Of a stretch of 36,074 nt of DNA, positions 7,828-17,739 are shown one piece after another (position 1 is the stretch's first letter; every line of letters starts with the position of its first letter). The stretch is from an uncultured bacterium (GTDB lineage Bacteria > Abyssobacteria > SURF-5). Position numbers and translations under genes: made by a program. Under the pieces are notes generated by a model that was not told the DNA's origin, searched no databases, and was given only the letters and a program-made list of their open reading frames with translations. The DNA is taken from positions 1-36,074 of the forward strand of contig CAZSKP010000014.1 of the NCBI GenBank assembly GCA_964607485.1. The letters are read 5' to 3'.

Positions 7828-9411
7828 ATGCCGAAAATCCTCGTTGCAGATACTTTGTCGGCGGCCGGTCTGGAGGTTTTCACCAGACACGGCGAACTCG
7901 ATGTCAGAACAGAGAGCGGCATGTCGCCCGAGAAGCTCAAGGCGGCGATACCGGAATTCGACGCGCTCGTGGTGCGCAGTTCGACGAAGGTGACCGCCGA
8001 CCTGCTCGATGCGGCGGTGAACCTGAAGGTCATCGGCCGGGCGGGCATCGGCGTGGATAACATCGACGTCGGCGCGGCCACACTGCGGGGCATCGTCGTG
8101 ATGAACACACCCCAGGAGAACTCGATCGCCGCCGCCGAACACACGATTTCACTGATGCTGGCGCTTGCCCGCAAAGTACCCCAGGCGAACGCCTCGCTGA
8201 AGGCCGGCCGGTGGGAGAAGAGCAAGTTCATCGGCACGGAGGTGTTCAACAAGACGCTGGGCGTCATCGGCATCGGCAATATAGGCGGCATCGTGGCTGA
8301 ACGCGCTGCGGGGCTGAAGATGCGCGTCATCGCCTACGACCCCCATATCCCTCCCCAGACGGCCTCCCGCAAGGGGATCCCGCTCGTGTCGCTCGACGAA
8401 TTATTGGCCAGCTCCGACTTCCTGACGATTCACATACCGCTGACCGAGGAGACGCGCAACATGATAGACGCGCGGGCGCTGAAGAAGATGGCACCGGGCT
8501 CAATGCTCATCAATTGCGCGCGCGGCGGAATCGTCAACGAGCGCGACCTGCACGAGGCGCTCGTCTCAGGCCATCTCGGCGGCGCCGCTCTGGACGTGTT
8601 CGACGTGGAGCCGGCGGTGGACAACCCGCTCTGCAAGCTCGAAAACGTCATCTGCACGCCCCATCTCGGCGCGAGCACGTTCGAGGCGCAGGAAAACGTG
8701 GCGGTCGCGATCGCCGAACAGATCGTCGATTACCTGCTCCACGGCACGATGCGCAACGCGGTCAACGTTCCGTCGGTCGCTCCCGAGCTGCTTCCCTACA
8801 TCAACCCCTACCTCACGCTGAGCGAAAAGATGGGAAAATTCCTCGCGCAGATATCCGACTTCGCCATCGAGGAGATCGTCATAGAGTACCAGGGCGACGT
8901 GGTCGAGCACGGCGTGCCGCCCATCACATCGAGCGTGTTGAAAGGCGTTTTCACGCCCGTGCTGGGCAACCGCATAAACATAATCAGCGCGCCCGCGATC
9001 GCGAGGGAACGCGGCGTGAGCGTGCGCGAGGTCACCAGCCGCAAGGCGGAGGATTTCGTAAGCCTCATCGGCATCACCGTGCGCTCGGGCGACAAGCAGA
9101 ATTACGTCGCGGGCACCATCTTCGGGAAGAAGGAAATCCGGATCGTCCGCGTCAACAACTTCGGGATCGAGGCAGTCCCGGTCGGGAACATCCTGTTCAT
9201 TTTCAACTACGACCGGCCGGGCGTGATAGGCAATATCGGCACCATGCTCGCGAAACACAACGTTAACATCGCCACGATGTACCTGGGCCGCGACATGGCG
9301 GGCGGCCGCGCCGTCTCGCTGTGGCACATCGACTCGCCCATCTCGAAAGACACCGTCGATGAACTCGCCAACCTGCCCAACATCATCTCCGTCCGACAGA
9401 TGGAGCTCTGA
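7828..9411 (+). CDS. serA: D-3-phosphoglycerate dehydrogenase (long form with ASB and ACT domains)
   Basis: GRAGIGVDNID, GVIGIGNIG Rossmann motif, INCARGG, ALDVF, TPHLGAST, DRPGVIG ACT domain. Confidence 0.97.
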   Translation: MPKILVADTLSAAGLEVFTRHGELDVRTESGMSPEKLKAAIPEFDALVVRSSTKVTADLLDAAVNLKVIGRAGIGVDNIDVGAATLRGIVVMNTPQENSIAAAEHTISLMLALARKVPQANASLKAGRWEKSKFIGTEVFNKTLGVIGIGNIGGIVAERAAGLKMRVIAYDPHIPPQTASRKGIPLVSLDELLASSDFLTIHIPLTEETRNMIDARALKKMAPGSMLINCARGGIVNERDLHEALVSGHLGGAALDVFDVEPAVDNPLCKLENVICTPHLGASTFEAQENVAVAIAEQIVDYLLHGTMRNAVNVPSVAPELLPYINPYLTLSEKMGKFLAQISDFAIEEIVIEYQGDVVEHGVPPITSSVLKGVFTPVLGNRINIISAPAIARERGVSVREVTSRKAEDFVSLIGITVRSGDKQNYVAGTIFGKKEIRIVRVNNFGIEAVPVGNILFIFNYDRPGVIGNIGTMLAKHNVNIATMYLGRDMAGGRAVSLWHIDSPISKDTVDELANLPNIISVRQMEL

Positions 9412-9478
9412 GGACCAATCTCGTCGTGACGCGCCGTATTTACCGCTGAAAACGAAAAGGGCCATCTCGCCGTTCTGT

Positions 9479-9507
9479 TTGAAGGCGGGCCGATATTTTG
9501 GTATAAT
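9479..9507 (+). promoter_or_regulatory. Sigma-70 promoter of lepA operon
   Basis: TTGAAG-N17-TATAAT with extended -10 TG. Confidence 0.7.
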
Positions 9508-9551
9508 TAAATGTTTATTCCACACACATCCGCATCACCGGAGTCACAGCA

Positions 9552-11348
9552 GTGCTAAGGAACAGGATACGAAATTTCTGCATTGTCGCGCATATCGACC
9601 ACGGCAAGTCCACGCTCGCCGACAGAATATTGGAGCTCACGCATGCCGTCTCGGAGCGCGAGCTGAGAGAGCAGACCCTCGACACGATGGACATCGAGCG
9701 CGAGCGCGGGATAACTATAAAGGCGGCTGCGATACGGATAAACTACAAGTGCTCCGACGGGCAGGAGTATTTCCTGAACCTGATCGATACGCCGGGTCAC
9801 GTCGATTTTTCCTACGAGGTCGCCCGGAGCCTGGGCGCATGCGAGGGCGTGCTGCTGCTCATCGACGCGTCGCAGGGGGTGCAGGCGCAGACTTTGGCCA
9901 ACGCCTACCTCGCCGCCGACCGGAACCTCGAGATCATACCCGTCATAAACAAGATAGACCTGCCCAACGCGCGCATCGACGAGGTGAGGCATCAGATAGC
10001 CGACATCATCGGGCTCGACCCCGACGGCGCCATCCTTGCCAGCGCCAAGAACGGGACGGGCGTCGGCGAGGTGCTGGAGGCGGTTGTGAAGCGCATTCCG
10101 CCCCCGAGCGGCGACGACGATGCTCCGCTTCGGGCGGTGATGTTCGACTCGGTCTATAACTCGTTCCGGGGCGCGGTCGGGTATGTGCGCGTGTTCGACG
10201 GCTGCCTGAGGCCGGGGCAGAAGATAATCGCGATGGCATCGAAGCGCAGGTACGAGGTGGAAGAGGTCGGCATATTCAAGCTGGAGGAAGTGCCCGTAAA
10301 GGAGCTGCGCGCGGGCGAGGTCGGCTATGTCATCGCCAACATGAAGAGCATCCGCGACATCAAGATCGGCGACACGCTGACGGATTCCGACAATCCCGCC
10401 TCCGAGCCTTTTCCGGGCTACAAACCGGTCAAGCCGATGGTGTTCTGCGGGATGTATCCGGGCGACCCCGGCGGGTTCGACGTGCTCAGGTCTTCGCTGG
10501 AGAAGCTCAGCCTCAACGACAGCTCTTTCTATTACGAGCCCGAGACATCGAACGCGCTCGGGTTCGGGTTCAGGTGCGGATTCCTGGGCATGCTGCACAT
10601 GGAGATTATTCAGGAGCGGCTGGAGCGGGAGTTCGACCTCACGCTGGTCACGACGGCGCCCTCCGTGGTCTTCCGGGTCCACACGACGGACGGCAAGTTC
10701 ATCGACGTCGAGAATCCGTCGAAACTGCCCGAGCCGGCGCGCATCGCATACCTCGAAGAACCGTACATATACGCCAGCATACTGACCCCGCCGGAGTACA
10801 TTGGGACGGTATGCCAGCTATGTTCCAGTCGCAGGGGCGAGCACAAGCGCACTCATTACCTCGACCCGCAAAAGGTCCTCATCAACTACGACCTGCCGCT
10901 GAGCGAGGCTGTGATGGATTTCTATGACAAGCTGAAATCGGCCACGCGCGGATATGCGTCGCTCGACTATGAGCTGGTCGGTTTCCGACAGTCCGACCTC
11001 GTCAAGCTCGACATGCTGTTGAATGGCAACCCGATCGACGCGCTCTCGTGCATTGTGCACAAAGACAAGGCCTATGCGAGGGGGAAACAACTGGCGGAGA
11101 AATTGCGGAAGATCATACCCCGCCAGATGTTCGAGGTTGTCATTCAAGCGGCCATTGGAAGCAGGGTGATCGCGCGCGAAACCATCAGGCCGCTCCGCAA
11201 GAACGTGACCGCCAAGTGCTACGGCGGCGACATCACGAGGAAGAGAAAGCTGTTGGAGCGGCAAAAAGAAGGTAAGAAGCGGATGAAGCAGGTGGGCAAC
11301 GTCGAGCTGCCGCAGGAGGCGTTCATGGCGGTGTTTCAAATCGAATGA
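9552..11348 (+). CDS. lepA: Translation elongation factor 4 (LepA)
   Basis: [60 protein letters not shown]. Confidence 0.99.
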   Translation: MLRNRIRNFCIVAHIDHGKSTLADRILELTHAVSERELREQTLDTMDIERERGITIKAAAIRINYKCSDGQEYFLNLIDTPGHVDFSYEVARSLGACEGVLLLIDASQGVQAQTLANAYLAADRNLEIIPVINKIDLPNARIDEVRHQIADIIGLDPDGAILASAKNGTGVGEVLEAVVKRIPPPSGDDDAPLRAVMFDSVYNSFRGAVGYVRVFDGCLRPGQKIIAMASKRRYEVEEVGIFKLEEVPVKELRAGEVGYVIANMKSIRDIKIGDTLTDSDNPASEPFPGYKPVKPMVFCGMYPGDPGGFDVLRSSLEKLSLNDSSFYYEPETSNALGFGFRCGFLGMLHMEIIQERLEREFDLTLVTTAPSVVFRVHTTDGKFIDVENPSKLPEPARIAYLEEPYIYASILTPPEYIGTVCQLCSSRRGEHKRTHYLDPQKVLINYDLPLSEAVMDFYDKLKSATRGYASLDYELVGFRQSDLVKLDMLLNGNPIDALSCIVHKDKAYARGKQLAEKLRKIIPRQMFEVVIQAAIGSRVIARETIRPLRKNVTAKCYGGDITRKRKLLERQKEGKKRMKQVGNVELPQEAFMAVFQIE

Positions 11349-11389
11349 GGTTTCGTGCCGGATGAACAATGAGGAAAGGACCGGAAGGG

Positions 11390-12079
11390 ATGTCAAAAGC
11401 AGTGTCTGAAACGAATGAGAAGGTGGATCTCGAACACCCCGGCGAATCGGCTCTGTGGGAATGGGTCAAGACGATCATATACGCGATCATTTTGGCGCTT
11501 TTCATTCGTGCTTTCTTCCTGCAAACCTTCAAGATACCCACTGGCAGCATGGAGCCGACTCTCCGCGGGGCGATGAATTACGGACACGGCGACAAGATAA
11601 TCGTCATAAAGTTCATATACGGAATCCGCATACCTTTCACGAGGCACAAGATATTCGAAATGACCGAGCCCAAACGCGGGGACGTGATCGTATTCGACAC
11701 GAAAGGAATCGACGGTCTGGACCAGAACAAAGATTTTATCAAGCGTGTCGTCGGGCTCGGCGGCGAACGCCTGCAGATAGTCCCCGATAACCCCCAGTGG
11801 AACCCGGAGGGAAACGACCTCATACGGGGCGGCGGACACATCTACATCAACGGAAAGCGACTCGAAAAGCCGAGCATCGTCGCGGATAGGACTTATTACC
11901 CGGCGGGAGAATTTGGGGAGGGAGAAATAACCATACCCCCCGGTGATTACTATATGCTCGGCGACAACGCCCTCAACAGCCGCGACAGCCGTTTCTGGGG
12001 ATTCGTTCCCCAGGAGAATATTATCGGGAGGGCCGTCGCAATCTATTGGCCGCCGAAACGAATCGGACTGGTTCACTGA
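11390..12079 (+). CDS. lepB: Signal peptidase I
   Basis: TM helix then IPTGSMEPTL (Ser), DFIKRVVG (Lys), GDNALNSRDSRFWG; follows lepA. Alternative start 11369. Confidence 0.95.
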   Translation: MSKAVSETNEKVDLEHPGESALWEWVKTIIYAIILALFIRAFFLQTFKIPTGSMEPTLRGAMNYGHGDKIIVIKFIYGIRIPFTRHKIFEMTEPKRGDVIVFDTKGIDGLDQNKDFIKRVVGLGGERLQIVPDNPQWNPEGNDLIRGGGHIYINGKRLEKPSIVADRTYYPAGEFGEGEITIPPGDYYMLGDNALNSRDSRFWGFVPQENIIGRAVAIYWPPKRIGLVH

Positions 12080-12105
12080 AACGAAGCAACCTTCGGCGCT
12101 CTCTT

Positions 12106-13227
12106 ATGACCGCAATCTACGTTCATATCCCCTACTGCACGTCCAAGTGCCTGTATTGCGATTTCGATTCCGTCCCGCTCGACGGAAGTATGGACGCGTA
12201 TCTGCGGGCCCTCGCAAAGGAGGCCGCCCGCGCGTCGCAGACGGTCTCTGCGGCTGAAACGGTGTACGTGGGCGGGGGAACGCCCACCGTGCTGACTCCC
12301 GACGAGATATGCCAGCTCTTCAAATGCCTGCGGGAGAACTTCGATATCCAGCCCCTGGCCGAGATCACGGTCGAGGCGAATCCGTGCAGCCTCACGCCGG
12401 CAAAAGCGAGGGCGCTGGCCGCGAGCGGTGTGAACAGGGTGAGCCTGGGCGCCCAGAGCTTCGTTGACGCCGAGCTTTCCCTCCTCGGGAGGTCTCACAA
12501 TACAGAGGATACCCTGCGCGGTTTCTCGCTGCTGCGAGAAGCCGGCGTAGACAACATAAGCCTCGACCTGATGTACGCGATACCCAATCAATCCGAGAAG
12601 AGCTGGAGGCATTCGCTCGCCTGCGCAATCGAACTGAGGCCGGAGCACATCTCCACCTACTGCCTCACCTTCGAGCCGCGGACACCGCTGTGGCGGCTGC
12701 TGCAAGACGGGAAGATCGAGAAGAAATCTGACGACGACGAGCTGGAGTTGTACGAAATAGCGCGGGAGACGCTTGCCGACGCGGGCTACGAGCACTACGA
12801 AATATCCAATTTCGCGCTCCCGGGCCGACGCTCGCTTCACAACATGGTGTACTGGTCGAACGAGGAATATCTCGGCCTGGGCGCGGGCGCGGTCTCCTAC
12901 CTCGGCGCGACGAGAATCGCCAACCTGCACGGACCGAGGGCGTACATCGAGGCGATGGAGAGTCGTGGAGACTCAGCCGTCGAGGTCGAGGAAATTCCTC
13001 CTCACATGCAGGCCGTGGAGACGATAATCCAGCGTCTTCGCCTGCGGGAGGGGATCGACTGTGCCGCCTTCGAGCAGCGGTTCGGAGCTCATCCGACTGC
13101 TTTTTTCGGAGAATCGCTTCCGACCGTGCTCGAATTGGGCCTCATCGAACAGAGAGACGGTTTCGTGATTCCTTCCGTCGCGGGCTGGCATCTTGCCAAC
13201 GAGGTGGCCCTGCGGTGTTTGCCCTGA
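12106..13227 (+). CDS. hemW: Radical SAM heme chaperone HemW
   Basis: YVHIPYCTSKCLYCDF, GGGTPT, YEISNFA, HNMVYW (HNxxYW signature); lepA-lepB context. Confidence 0.92.
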   Translation: MTAIYVHIPYCTSKCLYCDFDSVPLDGSMDAYLRALAKEAARASQTVSAAETVYVGGGTPTVLTPDEICQLFKCLRENFDIQPLAEITVEANPCSLTPAKARALAASGVNRVSLGAQSFVDAELSLLGRSHNTEDTLRGFSLLREAGVDNISLDLMYAIPNQSEKSWRHSLACAIELRPEHISTYCLTFEPRTPLWRLLQDGKIEKKSDDDELELYEIARETLADAGYEHYEISNFALPGRRSLHNMVYWSNEEYLGLGAGAVSYLGATRIANLHGPRAYIEAMESRGDSAVEVEEIPPHMQAVETIIQRLRLREGIDCAAFEQRFGAHPTAFFGESLPTVLELGLIEQRDGFVIPSVAGWHLANEVALRCLP

Positions 13228-13323
13228 GCGGGGCTCGTGAAACCTCAACGCTTTCCCGGAAAAGCCGCCTTTCATTCCCGTCCTCGATGTTTGATGGAAA
13301 CATCCGGCGGGTTTGTTTTTTGC

Positions 13324-13361
13324 TTGAAAACTTGAGCACATCGAGTCTAGAATGGTGCTCA
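13324..13361 (+). promoter_or_regulatory. Possible sigma-70 promoter of the glycosylation locus with overlapping inverted repeat
   Basis: TTGAAA-N18-TAGAAT; TGAGCAC-N15-GTGCTCA (13333-13361) straddles the -10. Confidence 0.5.
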
Positions 13362-13419
13362 GTCAGGGCGCGGTTTGGCGCCGAATCAATGCGTGTCCTG
13401 CTCTTGAGCCGAGGTATAT

Positions 13420-14751
13420 GTGGTCGATATGACCGAATTAAAGATTAATGAAATCCCGAGCGGCGACAGCTCTTTGAAAAAGGATTCGCTGTTCGACGAA
13501 GGGTTCCTGATAGTAATCACCAGTTTGGGCAACGCCTTCAATTTCTATTTCCACATATACATGAGCCGCAACCTGGGCCCCGACGGGTACAGCGCCCTCA
13601 ATTCTCTGTTGTCGCTTCTGTTCTGGATTTCGATTCCCATCATAACCATTCAGACGACCATAACGAAGTTCGTGGCTCAATTCAACGCGCGGGGCGAGGC
13701 CGCAAGGGTCAGACGACTATTTCTCGAATGTCTGAAGCGAGTGGGGATTTTCGCGTTCGTGCTGATGTTGATCATCATGCTGAGCGCGCCGTTTATCGGA
13801 GAGTTCCTGAAGATTCAAAGGAACAGCCCCATCGTCGCTTCGGGCCTGCTCCTCTTCTTCATGTACATGACGCCCGTCTTTTGGGCGGTCTTGCAGGGAC
13901 GCGAGCAATTCGGGTTCCTCGGGACATCGATGTTTGCGGGATTCAGCACAAAATGCGGCCTCGGAATTCTGTGCGCCATTCTCGGATGGGGCGTCGGCGG
14001 AGTGATTTGGGGGGTGACGCTCTCCTTCGTGCTGGCTTTCATGGTGATCTTCTTGCCGATACGAGAAGTGCTCGCGCCCACGCTCGGTGAGGACAGCATC
14101 GAGATGCGGGAGATTTACGTTTTCGCCGCGCCGGTTGTGGCGACCCTCCTGTGTGTGTACTCCTTCTGCAACCTGGATATTCCCCTGGTTCGGCACTTCT
14201 ATGGGGACGTCGGGGAGGGACTGAGGCTGGCGGGCTATTACGCAACGGCGTCGATCATCGGAAAAGGCTTCCTTTTCCTCCCGTTCGGGATAATTCTGGC
14301 GCTTTTTCCCAAGGTGGCACGCAAGAAGGCCGTGGGAGAGAATCCCGTTCCCGTATTGATTCGGGGACTGGTCATCGAAGTAGTCCTCTCGGTGGGTGCA
14401 ATCATCGTCTGCATCGTCCTGGCACGCCATCTTGCGCTCTTCCTCGGAAAGACCGACGCGCCGGAACTCGTCGCCCTGATCAAAATGTTCGGTATAGCGA
14501 TAACTCCTGTCGGCGTGACCATGATACTGGTCCATTACAATCTCGCCAACGAGCGTTACGGTTTCTTGTGGATGCTTGTGCCATTAACCGTTTTGATTTT
14601 CGTGGGAATTTGGATCTTTCACGCTACTCCGATGACCGTTCTCACGATTATAGCGATAGGAGGAGCGGTGATTCTGTCCTCCATTTCGGTCTTCACCTTC
14701 ATGCCCGGCGCTCGCAAGAAACCCGTCGCCGCAGACTTCGACAATTCCTAA
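13420..14751 (+). CDS. Wzx/MOP-superfamily oligosaccharide flippase
   Basis: About 12 hydrophobic segments, SRNLGPDGY, LQGREQF, LDIPLVRH, AGYYATASIIGK, LFPKV; heads a glycosyltransferase cluster. Confidence 0.85.
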   Translation: MVDMTELKINEIPSGDSSLKKDSLFDEGFLIVITSLGNAFNFYFHIYMSRNLGPDGYSALNSLLSLLFWISIPIITIQTTITKFVAQFNARGEAARVRRLFLECLKRVGIFAFVLMLIIMLSAPFIGEFLKIQRNSPIVASGLLLFFMYMTPVFWAVLQGREQFGFLGTSMFAGFSTKCGLGILCAILGWGVGGVIWGVTLSFVLAFMVIFLPIREVLAPTLGEDSIEMREIYVFAAPVVATLLCVYSFCNLDIPLVRHFYGDVGEGLRLAGYYATASIIGKGFLFLPFGIILALFPKVARKKAVGENPVPVLIRGLVIEVVLSVGAIIVCIVLARHLALFLGKTDAPELVALIKMFGIAITPVGVTMILVHYNLANERYGFLWMLVPLTVLIFVGIWIFHATPMTVLTIIAIGGAVILSSISVFTFMPGARKKPVAADFDNS

Positions 14752-14776
14752 GTGTCGATAAGCGAATTGTTTAGGC

Positions 14777-14805
14777 TTGATTTCCATGGGGGCGTATGGT
14801 AAAAT
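14777..14805 (+). promoter_or_regulatory. Internal sigma-70 promoter
   Basis: TTGATT-N17-TAAAAT with extended -10 TG. Confidence 0.55.
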
Positions 14806-14862
14806 CGTCTTTCCGGGGGACAAGGCTTTACATGACAAAGGGCGCCCGTCGGCGTCACAAGG

Positions 14863-15627
14863 ATGGATAAACTCCAGGGCAAGCTCTCCGTGCTGATGCC
14901 CGCCCACAACGAGGGAGCAGGCATCTACGATAATATCGGGGAGACGCTGAAAATCTTGCGGGAAGGCAACCGCGACCACGAGATAATCGTTATCGACGAC
15001 GGCAGCTCTGATAACACCTATGAGGAAGCCGCCCGATTCGCCGCCGACAATCAGTGCGTCAAGCTCATCAGGAATCGGAAGAACCTCGGAAAGGGAGACG
15101 CCCTGCGGGAAGGGTTCGGCGCGAGCAGCGGCGACCTGGTGGTCTTTATAGACGCCGACCTGGACCTGCATCCGAGCCAGCTCCAGGTGTTCTTCGACTC
15201 CATGAGGAGCGAGAATGCGGACGTGGTCATCGGCTCAAAGCGGCATCCTCAGTCGAAGTTGTACTACCCGCTTCATCGCAAGATAGTGAGCGCGGTGTAC
15301 TTCTTTCTGATAAAATTGATGTTCCGGCTGCCCATCCACGACACGCAGACGGGGCTCAAGCTGTTCAAGCGCGAGGTTCTGGACACGGTGTTTCCGCAGA
15401 TGCTCGTCAAGAAATTCGCGTTCGACCTCGAGCTGCTGGTGCTCGCCCACAGGCACCGCTTCAAGATTGCAGAGGCGCCCGTCGTGGTCGATTATCGTCC
15501 CAACATCGGCAGAAAGATCAAGCGGTGGGTTCGGCTGAACGACATCTACACCACATGGTGGGACACGATGGCGATATTCTACAGGCTCTACATCCTGAGG
15601 CACTATGACAAATACCGACACGAATGA
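14863..15627 (+). CDS. GT2 glycosyltransferase, polyprenyl/dolichyl-phosphate sugar synthase-like
   Basis: LSVLMPAHNE, IDDGSSD, NLGKG, FIDADL, VIGSKRH, DTQTGLKLF, FAFDLELL. Confidence 0.88.
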   Translation: MDKLQGKLSVLMPAHNEGAGIYDNIGETLKILREGNRDHEIIVIDDGSSDNTYEEAARFAADNQCVKLIRNRKNLGKGDALREGFGASSGDLVVFIDADLDLHPSQLQVFFDSMRSENADVVIGSKRHPQSKLYYPLHRKIVSAVYFFLIKLMFRLPIHDTQTGLKLFKREVLDTVFPQMLVKKFAFDLELLVLAHRHRFKIAEAPVVVDYRPNIGRKIKRWVRLNDIYTTWWDTMAIFYRLYILRHYDKYRHE

Positions 15628-16663
15628 CGACCGGCCCGCAAGCGCGCACCGGCGGAGCGACTCGGCTCCGAAGATGTCGATAATAATCCCGCTGCATAAT
15701 TGCAGCGAGCGATTCCTCAGGGACTTTCCCCATTTCCGTAACCTTGAGTATCCGAACTTCGAAGTCCTGATAGTTGCCGACGAGCCCGTGTTCGACGAGG
15801 CCGCGAACCCCCGATGCGCCGAACTGAAGCGGCTCGAAAGGCCGGGGCTTGTCAGCGTCGTGTCCACGGGCAAGCAGCTCACCGGCCCCGGAGAAAAGCG
15901 CGACCTCGGAGCAGAGAAAGCGACCGGCGAGATATGCGCATTCATCGACGACGACGCCTATCCTCGCCCCGACTGGCTCCGCAGCGCCCTCCGGTCTTTT
16001 GACGACACGGCGGTTGCGGCCGTCGGCGGCCCGGGCGTGACGCCTCCCGAGGATAGTCTGCTCGAACAGGCGAGCGGGGCGGTGTATGCCTCGCCTCTGG
16101 GGAGCGGGCAGGCGCTCCACCGCTTCATCCAGCGCAGGCCGCGCGAGGTGGACGACTTTCCGGCATTCAATCTGTTCGTGCGCGCCGAGGCTCTGAAGGC
16201 GGTGGGCGGCTTCGCGACCAACTACTACGGAGGCGAGGACACCAAACTCTGTCTCGAGATAGTTAAATCGGGCAGGAAGATTCTGTACAGGCCGGAGGTT
16301 CTGGTGTTTCATCACAGGCGGCCCCTGTTTTTCGGCCATCTGAAACAGATCGCAAATGTGGGGGTCCATCGGGGCTATTTCGCGAAGATGTATCCCGAGA
16401 CATCGCGCCGGCTGTTCTATTTCCTGCCGAGCATCGTGGTGATGGTGCTGTTTCTCGGAGCTATCCTTTCCGTGTTCTCAAACATCGTCGCGGCCATTCT
16501 GCTGCTCAGCCTCGCCGGCTACTTCGTGATTGCGTTCGTTTCCAGCATGCCCGCCAGCCGGCTCAAGGTAGCGCTCCTCGGGGCGGCGGGCATCATGGCG
16601 ACTCACATCGTTTACGGCTGCGCTTTCATTCGGGGGCTCACTCTGAAGCACCTGGACAAATAA
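15605..16663 (+). CDS. GT2 glycosyltransferase with C-terminal membrane helices
   Basis: SIIIP, AFIDDDAYP, AVGGP, GGEDT, VFHHRR, hydrophobic C-terminus. Confidence 0.88.
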   Translation: MTNTDTNDDRPASAHRRSDSAPKMSIIIPLHNCSERFLRDFPHFRNLEYPNFEVLIVADEPVFDEAANPRCAELKRLERPGLVSVVSTGKQLTGPGEKRDLGAEKATGEICAFIDDDAYPRPDWLRSALRSFDDTAVAAVGGPGVTPPEDSLLEQASGAVYASPLGSGQALHRFIQRRPREVDDFPAFNLFVRAEALKAVGGFATNYYGGEDTKLCLEIVKSGRKILYRPEVLVFHHRRPLFFGHLKQIANVGVHRGYFAKMYPETSRRLFYFLPSIVVMVLFLGAILSVFSNIVAAILLLSLAGYFVIAFVSSMPASRLKVALLGAAGIMATHIVYGCAFIRGLTLKHLDK

Positions 16664-16675
16664 GGGGGCGCTCGG

Positions 16676-17686
16676 TTGGAAACGCCCTCGGTCAGCATAA
16701 TAATCCCGACATTCAATTCCTCCCGCTCGCTCGGCGAGTGTCTGGACAGCATAAAGGCACAGGACTATCCCGCCGAAAGCGTAGAAATCATCATCGTCGA
16801 TGCCGGCTCGACCGACGGTACGCTCGACATCGTCTCGAAAGCGGGCGTGAGCAAGGTTCTCCCCAATCCGCTCAAGACGGGCGAAGCGGGCAAGGCGGTG
16901 GGGATACCGGCCGCCTCGGGCGAGATTCTCGCCTTCATCGACAGCGACAACATTCTCGACGGGAGCGATTGGCTCAGGAAGATGGCGGCGCCCTTCGAGA
17001 ATCCCGACATCTTTTTGACGGAGTGCTACACCTTTAAGTATCGACCCTCCGATTCGGTCATCGACCGTTATTGCGCTCTGTTGGGAATGAACGACCCCCT
17101 CCATTTGTTCCTGGGAAACTACGCCTGTCTGTGCACGCTCACGGGCAAGTGGACGGGACTGCCCGTGCAGATGACCGACCGGGGAGAGTATCTGGAGGTT
17201 GTGCTCACAGAACAGACGACGCCCACGATGGGCGCAAACGGCTGCCTGATCCGAAAAAGCGTTCTCGACAAGGTAGATTGTCAGCCGTACTATTTCGACA
17301 TCGACGTGGTCTATGAACTCGTCTGCCGGGGATACGACCACGTCGGGATGGTGAAAAGGGGAATCGTGCACCTTTTCTGTCCCGACCTTCGAACTCTCGC
17401 CCGAAAGCAAAGGCGCCGCATACAGGATTTCCTCCACTACAAACGTCTTGGAAAACGCACATACCCACACCAAAAGTATTTCTGGGGATACGTGAAATTC
17501 GTCCTCTGCTGTTTGCTCGTGTTTCCGCTGTTTATTCAGTCGCTGCTGGGGTACGCGCGAAAGAACGATACCGCATGGTTCATTCACCCAATAGTATGTT
17601 GGCTCACGCTGATAACGTATGGATGGGCGACCGTCCGCTCCCTTTTCCTGACGGGCGAACTCGACAGGAGCGGTTGGAGCCAGTAA
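16676..17686 (+). CDS. GT2 glycosyltransferase
   Basis: VSIIIPTFNS, VDAGSTDGT, AFIDSDN, C-terminal hydrophobic helices; TTG start with GGGGG SD. Confidence 0.88.
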   Translation: METPSVSIIIPTFNSSRSLGECLDSIKAQDYPAESVEIIIVDAGSTDGTLDIVSKAGVSKVLPNPLKTGEAGKAVGIPAASGEILAFIDSDNILDGSDWLRKMAAPFENPDIFLTECYTFKYRPSDSVIDRYCALLGMNDPLHLFLGNYACLCTLTGKWTGLPVQMTDRGEYLEVVLTEQTTPTMGANGCLIRKSVLDKVDCQPYYFDIDVVYELVCRGYDHVGMVKRGIVHLFCPDLRTLARKQRRRIQDFLHYKRLGKRTYPHQKYFWGYVKFVLCCLLVFPLFIQSLLGYARKNDTAWFIHPIVCWLTLITYGWATVRSLFLTGELDRSGWSQ

Positions 17687-17739
17687 TTCACCGACTAACA
17701 AGACGGCGTCTGTAGGAACGATTCACTCCGGACAGAACG

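Noticed and set aside
9555-10682. Long antisense ORFs (e.g. opposite lepA, serA, GT4s, DUF2723)
   Set aside because: Typical shadow ORFs of high-GC coding strands; no domain motifs.
13333-13361. CIRCE (HrcA) element after lepA-hemW
   Set aside because: Arms resemble TTAGCAC/GTGCTAA but the span is 29 nt rather than 27, the inner bases differ, and no chaperone gene follows.
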